Shown here in pieces: positions 25,381-41,500 of a stretch of DNA of 64,000 bases. The position numbers and the translations under genes were made by a program. Under the pieces are notes generated by a model, which worked only from the letters and a program-made list of their open reading frames with translations, ran no database searches and was not told the DNA's origin. How positions within the stretch are numbered: the first letter of the stretch is position 1; each line of letters begins with the position of its first letter. Source of the DNA: the human T2T-CHM13v2.0 reference genome, Homo sapiens; assembly GCF_009914755.1 (NCBI RefSeq), contig NC_060940.1; one strand, 5' to 3'.

Positions 25381-26144
25381 CAGCTCCAAGTTCAGCAGCG
25401 GCTCAGGACCCGGTCTGGCCTCCCCCTGTTGGAGCCCCAGGCCTTGCTCAGTCTGACCCTGCTGCTGTCTGCGGCTCTGTCTGCTTCTGCCACCGGGAAA
25501 TGACTTTAAACGGCCTAAAGGCTAAGGACAAGATCCGGGAAGCTGTCACCATGACATGGATCCAAGTGAGATGACTTTGGCACCTCTGGTAGGGAGCAGG
25601 GTGCTGCAGAGCAGTGGTGGCAGGGGGCAGGGGCTGCAGCCTCTCCTGGGCTCCCTGCAGACCCTGCCATGCCATGGCTCCTCCAACTGAGGCTCACTCT
25701 ATGTGTGTCTGCAGAGAGCTTTTGGCCCAAGCCCACTGGGCTCCTCTCCACATGGGCACAGGCGAGGGAGGCTGAGGAGTTTTGGGGTGGGGGCACAGGA
25801 GGTGCGCCCGGCACCAAGGTGCCAGGAGCAGGGCACAAGGGAGGCCTCTCGAGGGAGGACATTTGAATGGAGATCAGCAGGAAGCGGGAGGGCCACGCAG
25901 AAACTGTCCTTTGTTCCACGGCCTATTTGCTGGTCACTGACTGCACCATTTGCTGTCCTGTGCACTGAGACAGCATTGAGTAAAAGGTACAGGTCCCTGG
26001 CCTGGGGAGCTTGTTTCAGGCAATAAACCATAAAAGTGATGAGTGGAAAGGTGCAAAGTGCTGTGGAAACCAAGTTAGTGCAGGGGCAGGGCCAGGAGCT
26101 GGTGGGGGAGTGGGCAGGCTGCAGGATTTGAGGGGGTGGTTGGA

Positions 26145-26570
26145 GTCCTGGGGCTGCCAGATCAAAGCATCACAAACTGAGGGGCTTAAAACCACAGATG
26201 TTTGTTCTCTCCGAGTTCAGGAGGCTGGAAGTGTGAAATCTGGCAGGGCCGGGCTCTCTCCAGGGCTCCGAGAGAAGACCCTCCCTGCCTCTGCCGGCTC
26301 CCCCTGGCTGCCACGGTCCTTGGCTTGTGGCCGCATGTCCCTGCTCTGTCTTCATGTTGCCTTTGCGCTTTGTCTCCTTTTCTTGTAAGGACACACATCG
26401 TGGGATTTAGGACCTGCCCAGATAATCCAGGACCACCTCATTGCAGGAGCCCTCACTTAACCACATCTGCAAAGAGCCTTTTTCCAAATAAGTCACACGC
26501 ACAGGTTCCAAGGACAGATCATGGTCCTGTCTTTTGCGGGGCGGAGGGGGGGTCACCATTCAGCACTACA
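26145..26570 (-). mobile_element. MLT1 LTR
   Basis: cacaaactgaggggcttaaaacca...cacatctgcaaaga...tttccaaataagtcaca...ttcagcactaca. Confidence 0.85.
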
Positions 26571-27354
26571 GGAGGACAGCAGAGACCTCTCTGAGAAGTC
26601 TGGTGGGGAGCAGGGCGCTGCAGGGGAGCGTCTGTCTGTAGCACTCTCCCAGGCACTAGCATGACCAGCTCCGAAAAAAGAGCCGGAGCTGGTCCAATGC
26701 CTGGGAGAGAGCTCCAGACAGACGAACAGCCTGGGGGCCGAAGGCCCTGGGGGGCAGCAGGCCTGAAACCAGCACAGGCGGGCAGGGTGTGACATAGGGA
26801 GGCTCCCAGCAGAGGAGAAACATGAGCTGACCCATCTTCTGATGGGTCCTCTGCTGCCACATGGAGGATGAGATGTGAGGGTTGAGGCGGAAGCAGGGAT
26901 GGCAGTGAGCTGGCTCCTGCACCAGTCCAGACGAGAGGTGCTGGGCCAGGCCAGGCCAGGGACCTGGGACAGAGAAAGGGGGCAGAGGTTTGGGCTCTCC
27001 ATGCAGGGAGAGCCGGCATCTCAGTGCAGCCTCCACCCCGCCGGCCCGTGCTCCAATGGGCTTCTGATTGTCTTGTCTTTCTCCCAAACAGCCTGCCCTG
27101 CCCTCTGCCCTCCTCCGCATCCTGCCACGTTGGCAGCTGCTGTTCCTGGGAGCCAGAGGAGAACAGCTGGAGGTGCACGGAGGGAGGCGGGTGGGGGACC
27201 TCGGGCAGTGGGGATGCCAGAGGGGCCATGCCAGCCCCGGCGGGGAGTCACATTTCATTTTCCTCTCTGCGGCACTTCCCACAATTAAACCCGAGTGCCT
27301 GTGCTGATGACCTGACCCAGCCTTGGGGAACGTGCTTGCCTGGGCTGTGTCCCC

Positions 27355-27522
27355 ATCACCCTGTCTCCTCCCCCAGTCCCCCTTGCTCTTACCACCTCCC
27401 TCTCTCTTTCCTCTTGCCCCCCCTCTTCCCCCTCCTCTCCTTTTGTTTCCTCTTTCCCTGTGCCCCTTCCCCTCCTCCCTCTCCCCACTCCCACCTTCTC
27501 CTCCCCAACAAGCTCCTCTCTG
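27355..27522. repeat. C/T-rich low-complexity tract
   Basis: Near-pure pyrimidine run on the + strand. Confidence 0.8.
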
Positions 27523-28534
27523 CCTGGAAACTGAGCCTCCAGGACCCCTGGAAGGGGGAGCCTGGAGAAGAAAGATGCCATGAAGCCCTTGTGCCAGTTT
27601 CCGAAAAGAATGTTGCTTTTCATACTTCATCCTTCAATCCTTATCTTCTCTAATTTATTGGACAGACCCCGTGGTACTGACAGATTCGTGGCCAGGACCT
27701 TGGCGTCTGAATTTCACTGTAATCTGCCCCTCCACCCTGTTCTCCAGACGTCTCCAGTTTATCTCCTGATGCAGTCAGGGCGACCCCATGTCCTCTGTGC
27801 TACCACTAATGTGGCCCAGGGACGATAAATTGTGCCTTGTAATAACACTCCCCGATGGGTTAATTGACCCTGCTCTGACGGGCAGTCCCTGCTGGCCCCC
27901 TTCTCTTCCTGCCCCTCTCAGACAAGGCCCCAACTTTTCCATCTCCTTTCCTTCTCTTTCTCCCTGCCTCCACCAGCCCAGACCCCACCCCACCTCCTGT
28001 AAACCAGGGGCAGCAGGGGAGGGACGCTTTGCAGAGCAGTGCAAGTACAGACAAGTGCGTCGCTGAATTTGTGATCAGTGCTGGGGGCCCCTCAGGGCTG
28101 CCTGTACCTGGGTGGGGTGGGACATCACCAGCCCATAGCCCAAAGGCTAGGGCGGGATGCAGGCAGGCGGACCGTGTTTGTCCTGTAGAGGCACCTGGTG
28201 TCCTGAAGCAGGCAAGGGCAGGCTGTCCCTCCAGCCTGGCCATGCCGAGGTGGAGATGGTCTGCTGCCTGGAGCCTGTAATTGTGCCAAAGAGTGATGAT
28301 TTATCACGATGCTGGCTCCAGCCTTCAGAAGCTGGATTATTTGTAGCATGCCTCAGTTTTGTCTGCAGTGCCTGGGCAATTCTGGGCCTTGTAAATCTAG
28401 TGACAGGGCCTCTGTCCAGGGGTCGAGGCCTGAAATTTCCCAGGCCAGGGGCCCTCTCCAGAGGGAACTGGAGCATCTTGCTTGTACTGGGAAGAAAGAG
28501 GAGGCAGGAGCTTTGGGGGAATGTTTCTTCTAAT

Positions 28535-28987
28535 TGTTTTTCTTTTCTTTTTTTTTTAAATACTAGAGACCGGGTTTCACTCTGTTGCCCAGGTTGGTCT
28601 CAAGCTCCTGGGCTCAAGTGATCGTTCCACCTCAGCCTCCCTAAGCGCTAGCATTACAGGTGTGAGCCATCGCAGCGGCCACTTCTTTATTATCGTTGTT
28701 ATTATTGAGACATGGTCTCTCTCTGTCACCCGAGTTGGAGTGCAGTGACACGATCTTGGCTCACTGCAACTGCTGCCTCCCAGGCTAAGATGATTCTCCC
28801 GCCTCAGCCTCCCCAGGAGCCGGGACGACAGTTGCGTGCCACCACGCCCAGCTAATTTTTAAAATTTTTTGTAGAGACGGGATTTCGCCATGTTGCCTAG
28901 GCTGGCCTCGAACTGCTGAGCTCAAGTGATCCTCCTGCCTGGGCCTCCCAGAGTGCTGGGATTACAGGCGTCAGCCACCGTGCCTCA
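28535..28987 (-). mobile_element. Alu left monomer plus AluJ-type element
   Basis: Left monomer ~28535-28680 and a diverged full Alu ~28700-28987. Confidence 0.85.
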
Positions 28988-29394
28988 CCTTTTGTTGAGG
29001 CCTGCGGGCTTTTAAGAACACGATGGGCTCCCGGAGACCTGGGATGGCGCTCAGTGGAATCGGGTGGGAGTTCCTGTGGCAACTTGCAGGCACCTGCCGA
29101 GGCTGGGTTGACGTTCAGGGATGGTGAGGTTTCTGGGGGTCTTCTAATCCCCCCATACACGTGCATATGACAGTCCCAGATAAGGCAGGCAGCCAGCAAT
29201 CCTGGAACTCACGTCTGCTTTAAACTCCGTGTATCATGGCTTCATGGCGGTTGCTGCCCATGCCTTCTGTTCCCTGGGTCACCAGCCGTTTTTGGTTCAT
29301 TATATTCCATCCGCCTTGTGGCCTTTGTACGTGCTGTTCCCACTGTCTGGAATGCTGTTCCTGGCTGACCCACTGTGATGATGTAATTCTTTCA

Positions 29395-29947
29395 TTTATT
29401 TATTTATTTATTTTTGAGACAGGGTCACTCTGGCATCCAGGCTGGAGTTGACTGGCACAATCACAGCTCAGTCGATCTTCCCACCGCAGCCTCCCCAGTA
29501 GCTGGGACTATAGGCGTGCACCACCACGCCTGACCATTTTTTTTTTTTTTTTTAAGCAGAGACAGGGTTTCACTGTGTTGCCCCAGCTGGCCTTGAACTC
29601 CTGGGCTCAAGTGATCCTCTCACCTTGGCCTTCCAAAGTGTCGAGGCTACAGGTGTGAGCTACCATGCCTGGCATCGTATGTGGTTCTTTTTTTTTTTTT
29701 TTTTTTGAGCTGGGGTCTTGCTTTGTTGACCAACTGGAGTGCAGTGGTGTGATCTCTACTAACTGCGACCTCCACTTCCCAGGTTCGAGTGATTGAACCT
29801 GCCTCAGCCTCCCTAGTAGCTGGGATGACAGGTGTACGCACCACCATGCCTGGCTAATTTTTGTATTTTTAGTAGAAACGGGGTTTCGCCATGTTGGCCA
29901 GGATGGTCGGGTGATCCGCCTGCCTTGGCCTCCCAAAGTGCTGGGAT
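29395..29947 (-). mobile_element. Two tandem antisense Alus
   Basis: AluJ-like ~29395-29672 and AluS-like ~29688-29947 (5' truncated); gtatgtggttctt / atatgtggttctt flank the second (probable TSD). Confidence 0.88.
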
Positions 29948-30317
29948 GTATATGTGGTTCTTGATTCCTGTGCAACTTCTTGCTGAGTTGGAGCTGACCC
30001 CGGGGGGCACTGGGTGGGCTTTGGCTCCACAGCCTGTCCCGGGTGCCCAAAACACGTATACAGGAGCTGCTCAGTGAAGACTCCGAATATGCGTTTTGTT
30101 TAATGTACATCCTGACTCTTTGGCCAAAACTAAAACCCTAGGAACCCTTCCTGTGTGTGCCGCCCACCTAGGAGGGTGCCCCCCAGCCACAGGCAAACAT
30201 GCCCACAGCCAGCTGGGTCTGCTCGGCACCCCTCACCTCCTTATTGTGAATGCTGTGAGCCCCTCTGGCCTACTGGGCTCTCGGTGGTCACTTTCCAGCT
30301 GCAGAAAAAGGTCTTAG

Positions 30318-30624
<307 letters not shown>

Positions 30625-30644
30625 TAGGGTTTTGTTTTTTCAAA

Positions 30645-32343
<1,699 letters not shown>

Positions 32344-33929
32344 TATATGAGTTTGTGTGTGGGCGTTATGTTTTCAATTCGCTGAGTGTCGAGGTTTTTA
32401 GCTCACCAACCCTTCTCTGTGCAGGAAACCTCCTGTTGGTGCTGGGACACTGAGCGCAGCGAGGGGCTGGCTGGGGACGTCCCATTGCCGTGTGAACATT
32501 TTCCATGTGTCACTGTGTGCCAGGTGCCGGCCTGAACCCTTCACAGAAGCCCAAGCAGCTCTGCAGTGGGGCTGTCATAATTCCTAGTACAGAGTGGGGA
32601 AACTGAGGCCCGGGCCCAGTGGCTTATAGTTCTGCAGCATCGAGGTTTGTTTTCTCCTCAAAGCTCTCCATGCCTGGTGTTCAGATTCAGATCTGAGGAC
32701 CCAAAGCTCAGAAAGGACCCAAGGTGCTTGAGGCCACACAGCGGCCATGATGCACGACGGGTGATGTTTCTCTGCCATTGCCCGTGTTCCTGGCCGGTCC
32801 CCAGCACTTGGTTGAAATCACTGACTCTCACAACATCCTCAACGTCCTGTTCCCATTTACTAGATGATGAAACTGAGGCACGGAGAGGTGAAGTAAGGAG
32901 CCAGGGTCATCGGCCTCAAGGGCCCCAGCCAGGAGTAAGACTCAGGCAGTTTGGCTCCAGAATCTACAGCGTGACCCTGACATTGTACCACTTGCATGAG
33001 AGGCAGTGTTTCGATGGGGATGGAGGGAAATTCCAGGGCCCCATTGGGTGAGGCGGGACTGGGAGTTTTCCTGGGCGACGTCTTCTGCATCTCGCTTGCT
33101 TCCTGGCCTTGCGGCAGGGGGCGCGCGTGGCACCAGTGTGAGCCTCCACCCCCCTCTGCCTGCTCCAGGGTCCCTGGTGAGCTCTGCCGCCACCTCCACT
33201 CCACCCTGTTTCTGAGCCCTCTTGGGCCTCGACACTCCTGTGACTGCAGCTGCTGAAGGGACACCCGTTCTTTGTCCTGGGAGGCCCAGTGGAGCCCCCA
33301 CCTTCCCCCGCCACCCAGAACAAATCACATGGCCCATCGGACCTGTTCCTCTGCTTGGTGTCCGATTGCCCTCCTGGGAGACAGAGCAGGGACAATCCAC
33401 CCTGGGTGTTGCCTTCCCAGCAGGTGTGGCGGGCGGCAGGGGTGGCCAAGGTCCCTGAGAAGATGTGGGGCCAGACTGGGTGGCCAGCACTGTCGGTCAG
33501 GTCCAGGGCCCCCATCCCCACCGTCTGATTTTTCTGCCTGACATCCCAGCGCCTGCTCCCTGAAGTTTTGACCTGAGGCCCAGAGACCTCTGCTTGCCTC
33601 CCTGCACTCCTGAAATAATACTCCGGAGCAGCTGGGCTCCACGCTGAGCAAGCACCGGCGGTGCCCCCAGGGAGCAGCGCGTGCAGAACCGCAGGTCTCC
33701 CACCCCCTCCTGGGACAGCGTGTGCTGCCTTTGCTCTGATTTCAGTTTTATTTTTTAATCTGCCCTTGCTCCCTCTCTGGGCCGCTCGGCCTCCGGCCTC
33801 GGTTTCAGCGTTTTTCTCCAACCGGCCCTGACATCTGCTCTTCCTGGGACAGCCACGCCTCGCTTCTCTCCCCACCCGGTCCATCCCCAAGCAGCTGAGG
33901 TCAGAGCCAGGCTTCCCAGGTTTACACCC

Positions 33930-34060
33930 AGCCTCAGCACCTGGTGTAGCCACTCTGTGCCTCAGTTTCTTTCTCTGTAAAATGGAGATAAAAGACACCT
34001 CCTTTTTTTGAAAAATTTCCTGAGATAAACCATGTAAAGCGCATAGCACAGTCAGTGGTT
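33930..34060 (+). mobile_element. MIR
   Basis: ctctgtgcctcagtttctttctctgtaaaatggagataa...atgtaaagcgcatagcacagt. Confidence 0.75.
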
Positions 34061-35377
34061 TTTGTCATGGGAGAGCTTGTACCAGGCTCAGAGGGGAAGA
34101 GGCAGGGGTTAACTCTGGGGACAGAGGAGCTTGATGCTTAGGAAGGGTTTTGAGGGGTGTATAGGAGTTTTCTAGAAGGAGGTGGTAGGGAGAGAAGGGC
34201 AATCCATGTAAGAGGAACCTTGCCAAGGAATTGAAGTTAGTTCTTTGTGGATGGCGCCTCTTCCTTCCAGGTGGGGAGTTGATTGAGATGCTTTTGTTTG
34301 GCTGGAATCTTCTGTCCTGTGTGTGTGCCATGGTTTGGGCAATTGATGTCCGTTTTCTGGAAGTGCTTGATGTGGTCACTTTCCAGGAGCTGAGACGAGC
34401 AGGTGGACACAGGGCCCAGCAGCTCCTTTTGACCTTGGGTGTCGCTAATTCTGCCGCCAGAGCAAATGCATTTAGGAGGACTCTGCCCAATGCCCGGCAC
34501 TTTGGGAGATGTGGTGAGAAGCGTGGAAAAGGTGAGAAGATAGTCCTGTGAGACCATGTTTTGGGGCCCAGAGATGTTATTTGTGATGTACCTAAAAGGT
34601 CACACAGCGCAGAGGTGGCAGAGCTGGGGTGCAGGGCAGCCCTCCAGCCGGCATCCACATTCTCAGCCGCCGACGGACCATACCGGCCTGCTCCTCAAGG
34701 CCCTGGGGGCAGGGTGGCCGATGCCCTCGCCGGGACTACGCCCCTTGCAGGCGGGCCATCTGGCCTCAGTCATTCGGCCTTTGGATTTCATGTCCCCACC
34801 CATGAAGGGAGCCGCTGTTGTGGACGACCCAACTTGTCATGTTTGTTCGGGACCCAGGCGGCTGTAGGAGGGAGGCCTTGGCACGATGCTCAGTGTCTCC
34901 AGGTGATGCCCAGTGCTGTCGGCTGGAGAAGAGCCGTGGGTGATGGGAGACAGTGGGTGAGGGTCCAGCTCCAGGACCCTCCAGAACATGCTGGGACTCA
35001 CTGGCACTGGGGGTGCTCGGATGTGTGCCCAGTCCTGCCAGGTGAGAGACCGCACTTGCGTGCTTCCTGGAGGAGGGCGTGGGTGCTTCAAGCTGCCCTG
35101 CAAGGGGATTAGAAAGGCTCTACTTGGCTTCAGAGCAGGGACCAGGTCAGGTGGTCTGGATTCAGACCCCCAGCCCATCTCTGACAACTCGAGCGACCCG
35201 CGACCTGCAGCGGGTCCCTCAGCCTCCACGTGACTCAGTTCCCCCCCCCAAATAAAATCCTGGTAACAACAGTCCTTACCTGGGGGCTTAATATGAGAAC
35301 CGACGTGAGTGACGTGGATGGGACATCTGTCTTCAGTGCCAGCCTCTGTTTTGAAGTGTGTGTTTTGCTTGTATGTA

Positions 35378-36022
<645 letters not shown>

Positions 36023-38294
36023 TCGTTCCCGCTGTTCCCTGCCTGGGTGGGTCATGGGAGAGCGAGAACAGAAACGGGGCAGAGGGGAGTACGTGGAGTT
36101 GAGTCCCCTTCTCTGTGACCTTCAACCTTGGGCAAGTCCCTCACCCACTCTGTGCCTCAGTTTCCCCACCTGTACCCTGGGGTGCTAAGGGGCTGGCCAC
36201 GAGGGTTGTGAGAGCCTGTCTAGTTCCCGTGGCCCAGCGCAGCCCAGCACACAGCAAGTGCTCCATGAAGCCTATGAACAGTTGTTTCTGCTCCCTTCTC
36301 TTCCACCAGGCGATGCCCAGGCCCCCGGCCACTGTCTCCGCCCTCTTGGTAGGCCCTGTGGGATCAAGTGTCTCCGAGGCGGCGGGCTGAGACGGATGGG
36401 CCTCCTGGCCGCACACCTGAGAACATGCTGGCAAAAGCGTTTGCTTAATTAATTGACTTTGAGCGAGGGAGCCCGTCCCCGTGTAAACCTAGCAGCAGGC
36501 TCGGTGCTTGCCGCCGGGATGCTGCGAATGCAAGGCTAGACTTTAAATAAGGGTGTGATTATTGTGTGAATAATTGAAGAATGTTGGGGAGCTTGCAGTC
36601 CTCGGTGTACCGTCCCCTGCCAGCAGGCCTCTGGGCCCTGCCCGTCACGGGTACAACTCTGCTGCCATCCTCTCAGCTGGGACAGTGGGGGACTTTCAGA
36701 CCTAAGCGTTGGAGGAAACCTCCTCAGCGACCCTCCCCGAGAGGTGCGTCCCTGTTTTCCAGATGGGGAAACTGAGGCAGAGCTGGGGTTACCCCAGAAG
36801 ACCCTCAGATTCGCGGTAGGATGACGTCCCACACTTGGTGACTTTATGTGGCTCCCGGACCAGTTATGCCGTGCAGGAATATGCCCCTTCATAGAACCGC
36901 AGTGAGGTTTTTCCATCCTAACAGTCTTCCAACTGGGACGGTGAGCAAGACGTGGCCAGGGGCCAGTGGGTCCCACACACCTGCCTCTCTGCCTTTCTCC
37001 TCCGCGGGTCCCCTGGGAACCAGGAGAGGGGTCTGCGCTCAGAGCCAGCATAGCCAGCAGGACTCAGATGGGAGCCTGGATTCCCATTTCTGCCAGTGAT
37101 CGACAGGTTCCTTCTGGAGATAAATTAGTTTTTAAAAATTAGTTGATATAAATTATCCCTCCAAAACCCAGACCAGAAACAACAGATGGAGTTGAAGGAG
37201 TAAGTAAATAATACAGGGCAGGGTGTACACAGCCGTGGCGGAAACCACAGAAGTGGCCCTTGAGTGACGAAGCCAGGGAGACGCCTCCGCGACACAGCAG
37301 GGGCCACCATTGGTGCTTCAGGGGCCAGGCCCATTGGAACAGATTTTCTGCACAGCAGCTTACGTGTCTCCTGAGGGAGGGGCTGTTATTTCCCACATTT
37401 TTACAGCTGGGGAAGTAGGCGCAGAGAAGCTCAGTAACCTCCTTCAATTGCACAGCAGAGCCCCGACTCAAAACCAGGGCCCTGGCACAGAGTCCCTCTC
37501 AGCCACTCCACCTCTGCTCCATGCGCCGGCTCTGTGCCTGGGGTGGCCCCTCTTCTGTAGCCAGCTCCCCTGCCTTACCTGTCTCCTTGGGCCCCGTTTC
37601 CAGTTCACGGTCTTTGGCCTCCACTGTGATGGCCATGTGGGTGCCGCCTCACCCTGTGCCTGCCCTGGGCATGGGCTGCACCCCGAATCTAGCCTGAGGA
37701 ACCTGCCTGCTCAGCCCTCATTCAGCCTTGATTCCTCAGCACCTGTCCTAGGCCCGGGGCCAGGCCCTGGGGACCCAACAGTGATCGCCCCTTGCCAGGC
37801 TACCCGTTGTCCAGATGGTGCGGTAGGGCCACTTCCGCCACCACAGACAAAAGCAGGATTTATGGTTGTCAGAAAACCATCTGGAACATTCCGGGCAGCG
37901 TTCACGCCACCACACCTCCCAAGGAAGTGGAGCGACAGCCTGTGCCCGGAGATAGGCACCCCAGGGCCACCCACTCACGGTTTCCCGCGCCCAGAGGCAT
38001 GGATCCCAGGCCCTGCATTTTCCCAGAGAATGGCGTTGGTCCGGAGAGGGAGAGACAGGAGCCTGCAGTCACACAGCAGGGTGGGCCAGGTCCCGTGCAG
38101 CCGTTGTACAGCTACTGTCACACCAGGGGCGGTGGGGAGCCCTGTCCTCCTCCTCTTCCTCCCCTGTGCCTTCACTTCTGCCTTTATTTCATGTTCCTGG
38201 GCGGCAAAAGAGGGAGCCAGGCATGGCCCCTGCTCAGGCTCTGCCTGTGGCGCCTGCCGCCTGCCGTTCTGGGAGGGCATCATCCTTCATCCCG

Positions 38295-38500
38295 CAGGCC
38301 CGGCTGCCGCCGCCGCCGCGTTAAGGACAGATGGATTACAGCTAATGAGCCTGCTCGCACCATTAGCACTCGAGAGCCTTCCTCGGATTAAAGCCGTGCG
38401 CAGCCCGCCGGGCCAGCTTGTCACTCGCGAGGTGGGCGCCGAGGCGGCCGGCTGTGCATCAGTGTGCCCGTAATTGTTCCTGTAATTGGGCCGCCTCGCT
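38295..38500. promoter_or_regulatory. Candidate conserved enhancer
   Basis: CpG-rich unique island with CAGATG, 2x GGATTA, 2x GCTAATG (inverted) and 2x TAATTG. Confidence 0.5.
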
Positions 38501-41500
38501 CCTGGGGAGCCTGATGCCACCCTCCCTAGGGATGGCAGGCAGGCAGAAGCAGCCCTCCCCCTGCAGCCCCTACCCAACCCGGGCCCCAGGTAGGAGCTGG
38601 GAGCTGCTGCTCCGGGAAACACCGATGTTCTTCCCCCAAACACACACAGAGAGGGAGCACAGGCCCCTTCACCCCGGCCCTGAGGCCATGAGCCTGCACC
38701 GGCCGCTGCCTCTCCTCCATAGGGGCCCTGTTCTGGCCCAGAAGCCTGCTAGGGGGTGTCATGGCCCCATTCTACAGATGGGGACGTAACGGCAGCTCAG
38801 TGCAGTGAGGGTGCCCACCTCAGGTGCAGCCCTGCCAACTGGGGGCACCCCATGCCCAGTCCCTCCAATTGCAGCTTCTGTCCTCACCTCCTCTTCCTCT
38901 TCTCTCCCTCCCTACTCCCTTCCTCCCTGCCTGCCTCTCTCCCTCTCCCCTTCTCTCTGTACTCACACATAACACGCTTGCACACTCACACACTCATTCA
39001 CATGCTCCCTTATACTCACAGGTGGACGCTGTCACCTGCTCTCACACACACGTACGCACACTCTCCTGCTCTTGCACGCATGTTGTCACGTGCACACGAG
39101 CCCGGGAAGCCTTCCAAGGGCAGCAGGGACCCTCCCCTGTTCTCCCCGGCGTTGCCCAGGGCCGCCGTTACCTGGCAGCACAGCTCCCACCCCTTGGCAT
39201 GGCAGGCATCAAAAAGACATTGCAGCCGCTAAGTGGCACTAGGTGGCTCCGTTCGGGGGTGGCATGTCTCCTGTCTTAGAATTTCAGGATTCCAAACTGA
39301 TAAGGCCTTGCCTCTGTGTGGAACCGTCCACGGCTCCTGTGGTGTGGAGTCTCCTCTCTCCCTGAGAGGCCCGTCCTGGTCCCCAGCCTCGTCCCACTCC
39401 TGCCCTGGCGAGGATGGTGGGAGCGCCGTCCCGCCCTCTCTCCTGCCGCCTCCAGCAGCCTCTCCATGCCCGGGACGGAGCGGGCATCTGTCCTGTTGCA
39501 TAGGCTGTTCTCGGGGGTTCCCCCAGCCCCCCGTTCGTGGCTTGTGAGAAGAGCCCTCTCCCTCCCTCCCGGCATGGCTGGGGCCTCGCCGGTGCCTGGT
39601 GCTCAGTGCGCATTTCTTGGGATGAGTTTAGCTGTTGCTAAACATAGGCTGCAGGATTCAGGCGAAAGTATAGTTTTTTACTGATGAGTGGTCATTTTGT
39701 GCCTAGCCCTGTGCCCACCTCAGTATAGGCACCCCAGGGACTTGGGGTTCACGGGTGGTTGCTATGTACCCCAGGGGGTTCTGATACAGGGAGGCCTTGG
39801 GCCATGCTGGAAGGCAAGAATTCCAGAAGCTTCCAGAGGCTGCCGTGCCCCAGCGGATGGGCTCTCTGTCCAGTTGGGAAAAGAGGGGAAGCAAAACGGG
39901 AGCAGAAGAGATTGTCCTGCTCGAGGTGAGCATGGATACAAATAGCCTCTCACTGGGTGTCACCTCCTCACCCCCCCAGGAAAAATTCTGCATTTACAAA
40001 AATGACTGAGTCTGCCTTGCACTCACAGCCTTGCGTCTCCTCCTGTCACGTGGCGAGCTACGTCCCGTGGATACAGAGGAGTGTTTTAGAGCTCAGGGTT
40101 TGCAGAACTGAGCTCTGGGGTCTGTAGAGTGTTCCTGGCTGTGACAGGCATGTCGAGGGCCTGAGAACCCTCGCATGGTCTACGTTCGCACCTGGGCAGG
40201 CCGATTTCATAAACACTGAGGCCTCGTTATGAGCCAGGAAGATGTGAGCCCACAGTGACCACATTATTCCCCTTATTTCTATCTGTGTTATAGATGGGAA
40301 ACAGGCACGGAGAGGCTAGGTGACCCGCCCAGGTCACACAGCTGAGAACGGCAGAGCCAGGCTCTCGAATCCAGGTCCCCAAGTCCAGGATGGGAATCAC
40401 CCCGCGATACAACCTTGATGGCGACCCCAGAATAGAAGCAGGGAGCTGGGGGCTTGGGGCCAGGGCTGTGCCCTCGGGAAATGGGCGGTGGTGGGGGAAG
40501 GAGGTGGGTCGTCCAGGCCACTGCTCATTCTGGAATGGTGGAGCTCAAGGCAGGCATCTGTGTGACCTTGCACGGTTAACGTGCCCTTTCCGCCTCAGTT
40601 GGTGGTCCCTCAAGGCCGTGGCTCCTGGCCTCACAAAGGGTGGTTCGGGGCAAGGGTGACCCACCCATCACTGATGCCCCTGGCACCTCTAGGGCTATAC
40701 CCCAGTGCCACTCGTCACTCCTCTGGGCTCTGCAGAGCAGTGGTAGCCCCACTGCCTGGCCATGGAGGCTCCTAGCAGGACCAGACAAGGGGAATCTGGG
40801 GGAACGTCTTGGAGTCTGTGGCTGTCCTCGCTGTGACCTTGCAGGGCCATGCTTCCCTCTGCAGCCAGGAAGGAAGCGGAGGAAAACCCGAGTGATGGGG
40901 TTGGCTTCTGGAGGGCCTGTCCTTCCTCCCAGGGGACATGGGCCCTGCTGCCTCATCTTCTTCTTGGTCCTTCCAGCTCTTCAGTTTCCCCATCTAGCAT
41001 CCTCGTCCTCTTGCAGTCTTTTCTCCACTTAATTCAGCTTGTCTGCCCGCCTCCGTTTATTAAGCTCCTATTGTGTGCTTAGGAGTATGCTCAGAGTACA
41101 AACAGAGGATGGGACCTGGTTCCCATCTGTGGTTGTCGCACATTCATTTATTCGCACAGCCAGCACGTTACAGCCTACGGGGCTCTCTGCATGGCTAAGC
41201 TCTAGAAACGCAGGGTCTTGTTGCAAGTCTGGCTTATTCCTCTCTCAGCAGGTCCAAGCTCCGTGTTCCTGCCAGGTACTGAACTGACTGGTTACGAAAT
41301 GCTCACAGCCAGACAGGGAAGGGCAGAGGCACCAGGCACTCAGGTTCTCGGTGAAAAGTGCCACAAGAGAGGAAGTTCAAGGTGCCTCAGGAACAGTCTT
41401 TCCGGAGGTCATGAAGTTGGACTTGGGTTTCGAAGGATGTGCAGGAGTTGTGAGGTGGAGAGCAGAGGACAGAGTGATGGAGACTGGAGGAGGACCTTGA

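Noticed and set aside
26559-26582. REST/RE1-like half-sites (ttcagcact...ggacagc)
   Set aside because: The spacing is non-canonical and the left half is the MLT1 LTR terminus.
26656-27630. 324-aa - strand ORF
   Set aside because: Open because of a purine-rich low-complexity tract and high GC.
32964-34049. 361-aa - strand ORF
   Set aside because: Begins in a MIR (ISILQRKKLRH is a MIR translation) and has no domain or exon structure.
37310-38473. 387-aa ORF, the longest in the track
   Set aside because: Starts at a non-ATG codon, runs through MIR-like sequence and an enhancer-like island, has Pro/Gly/Ala/Cys-rich GC-driven composition and no recognisable domain.
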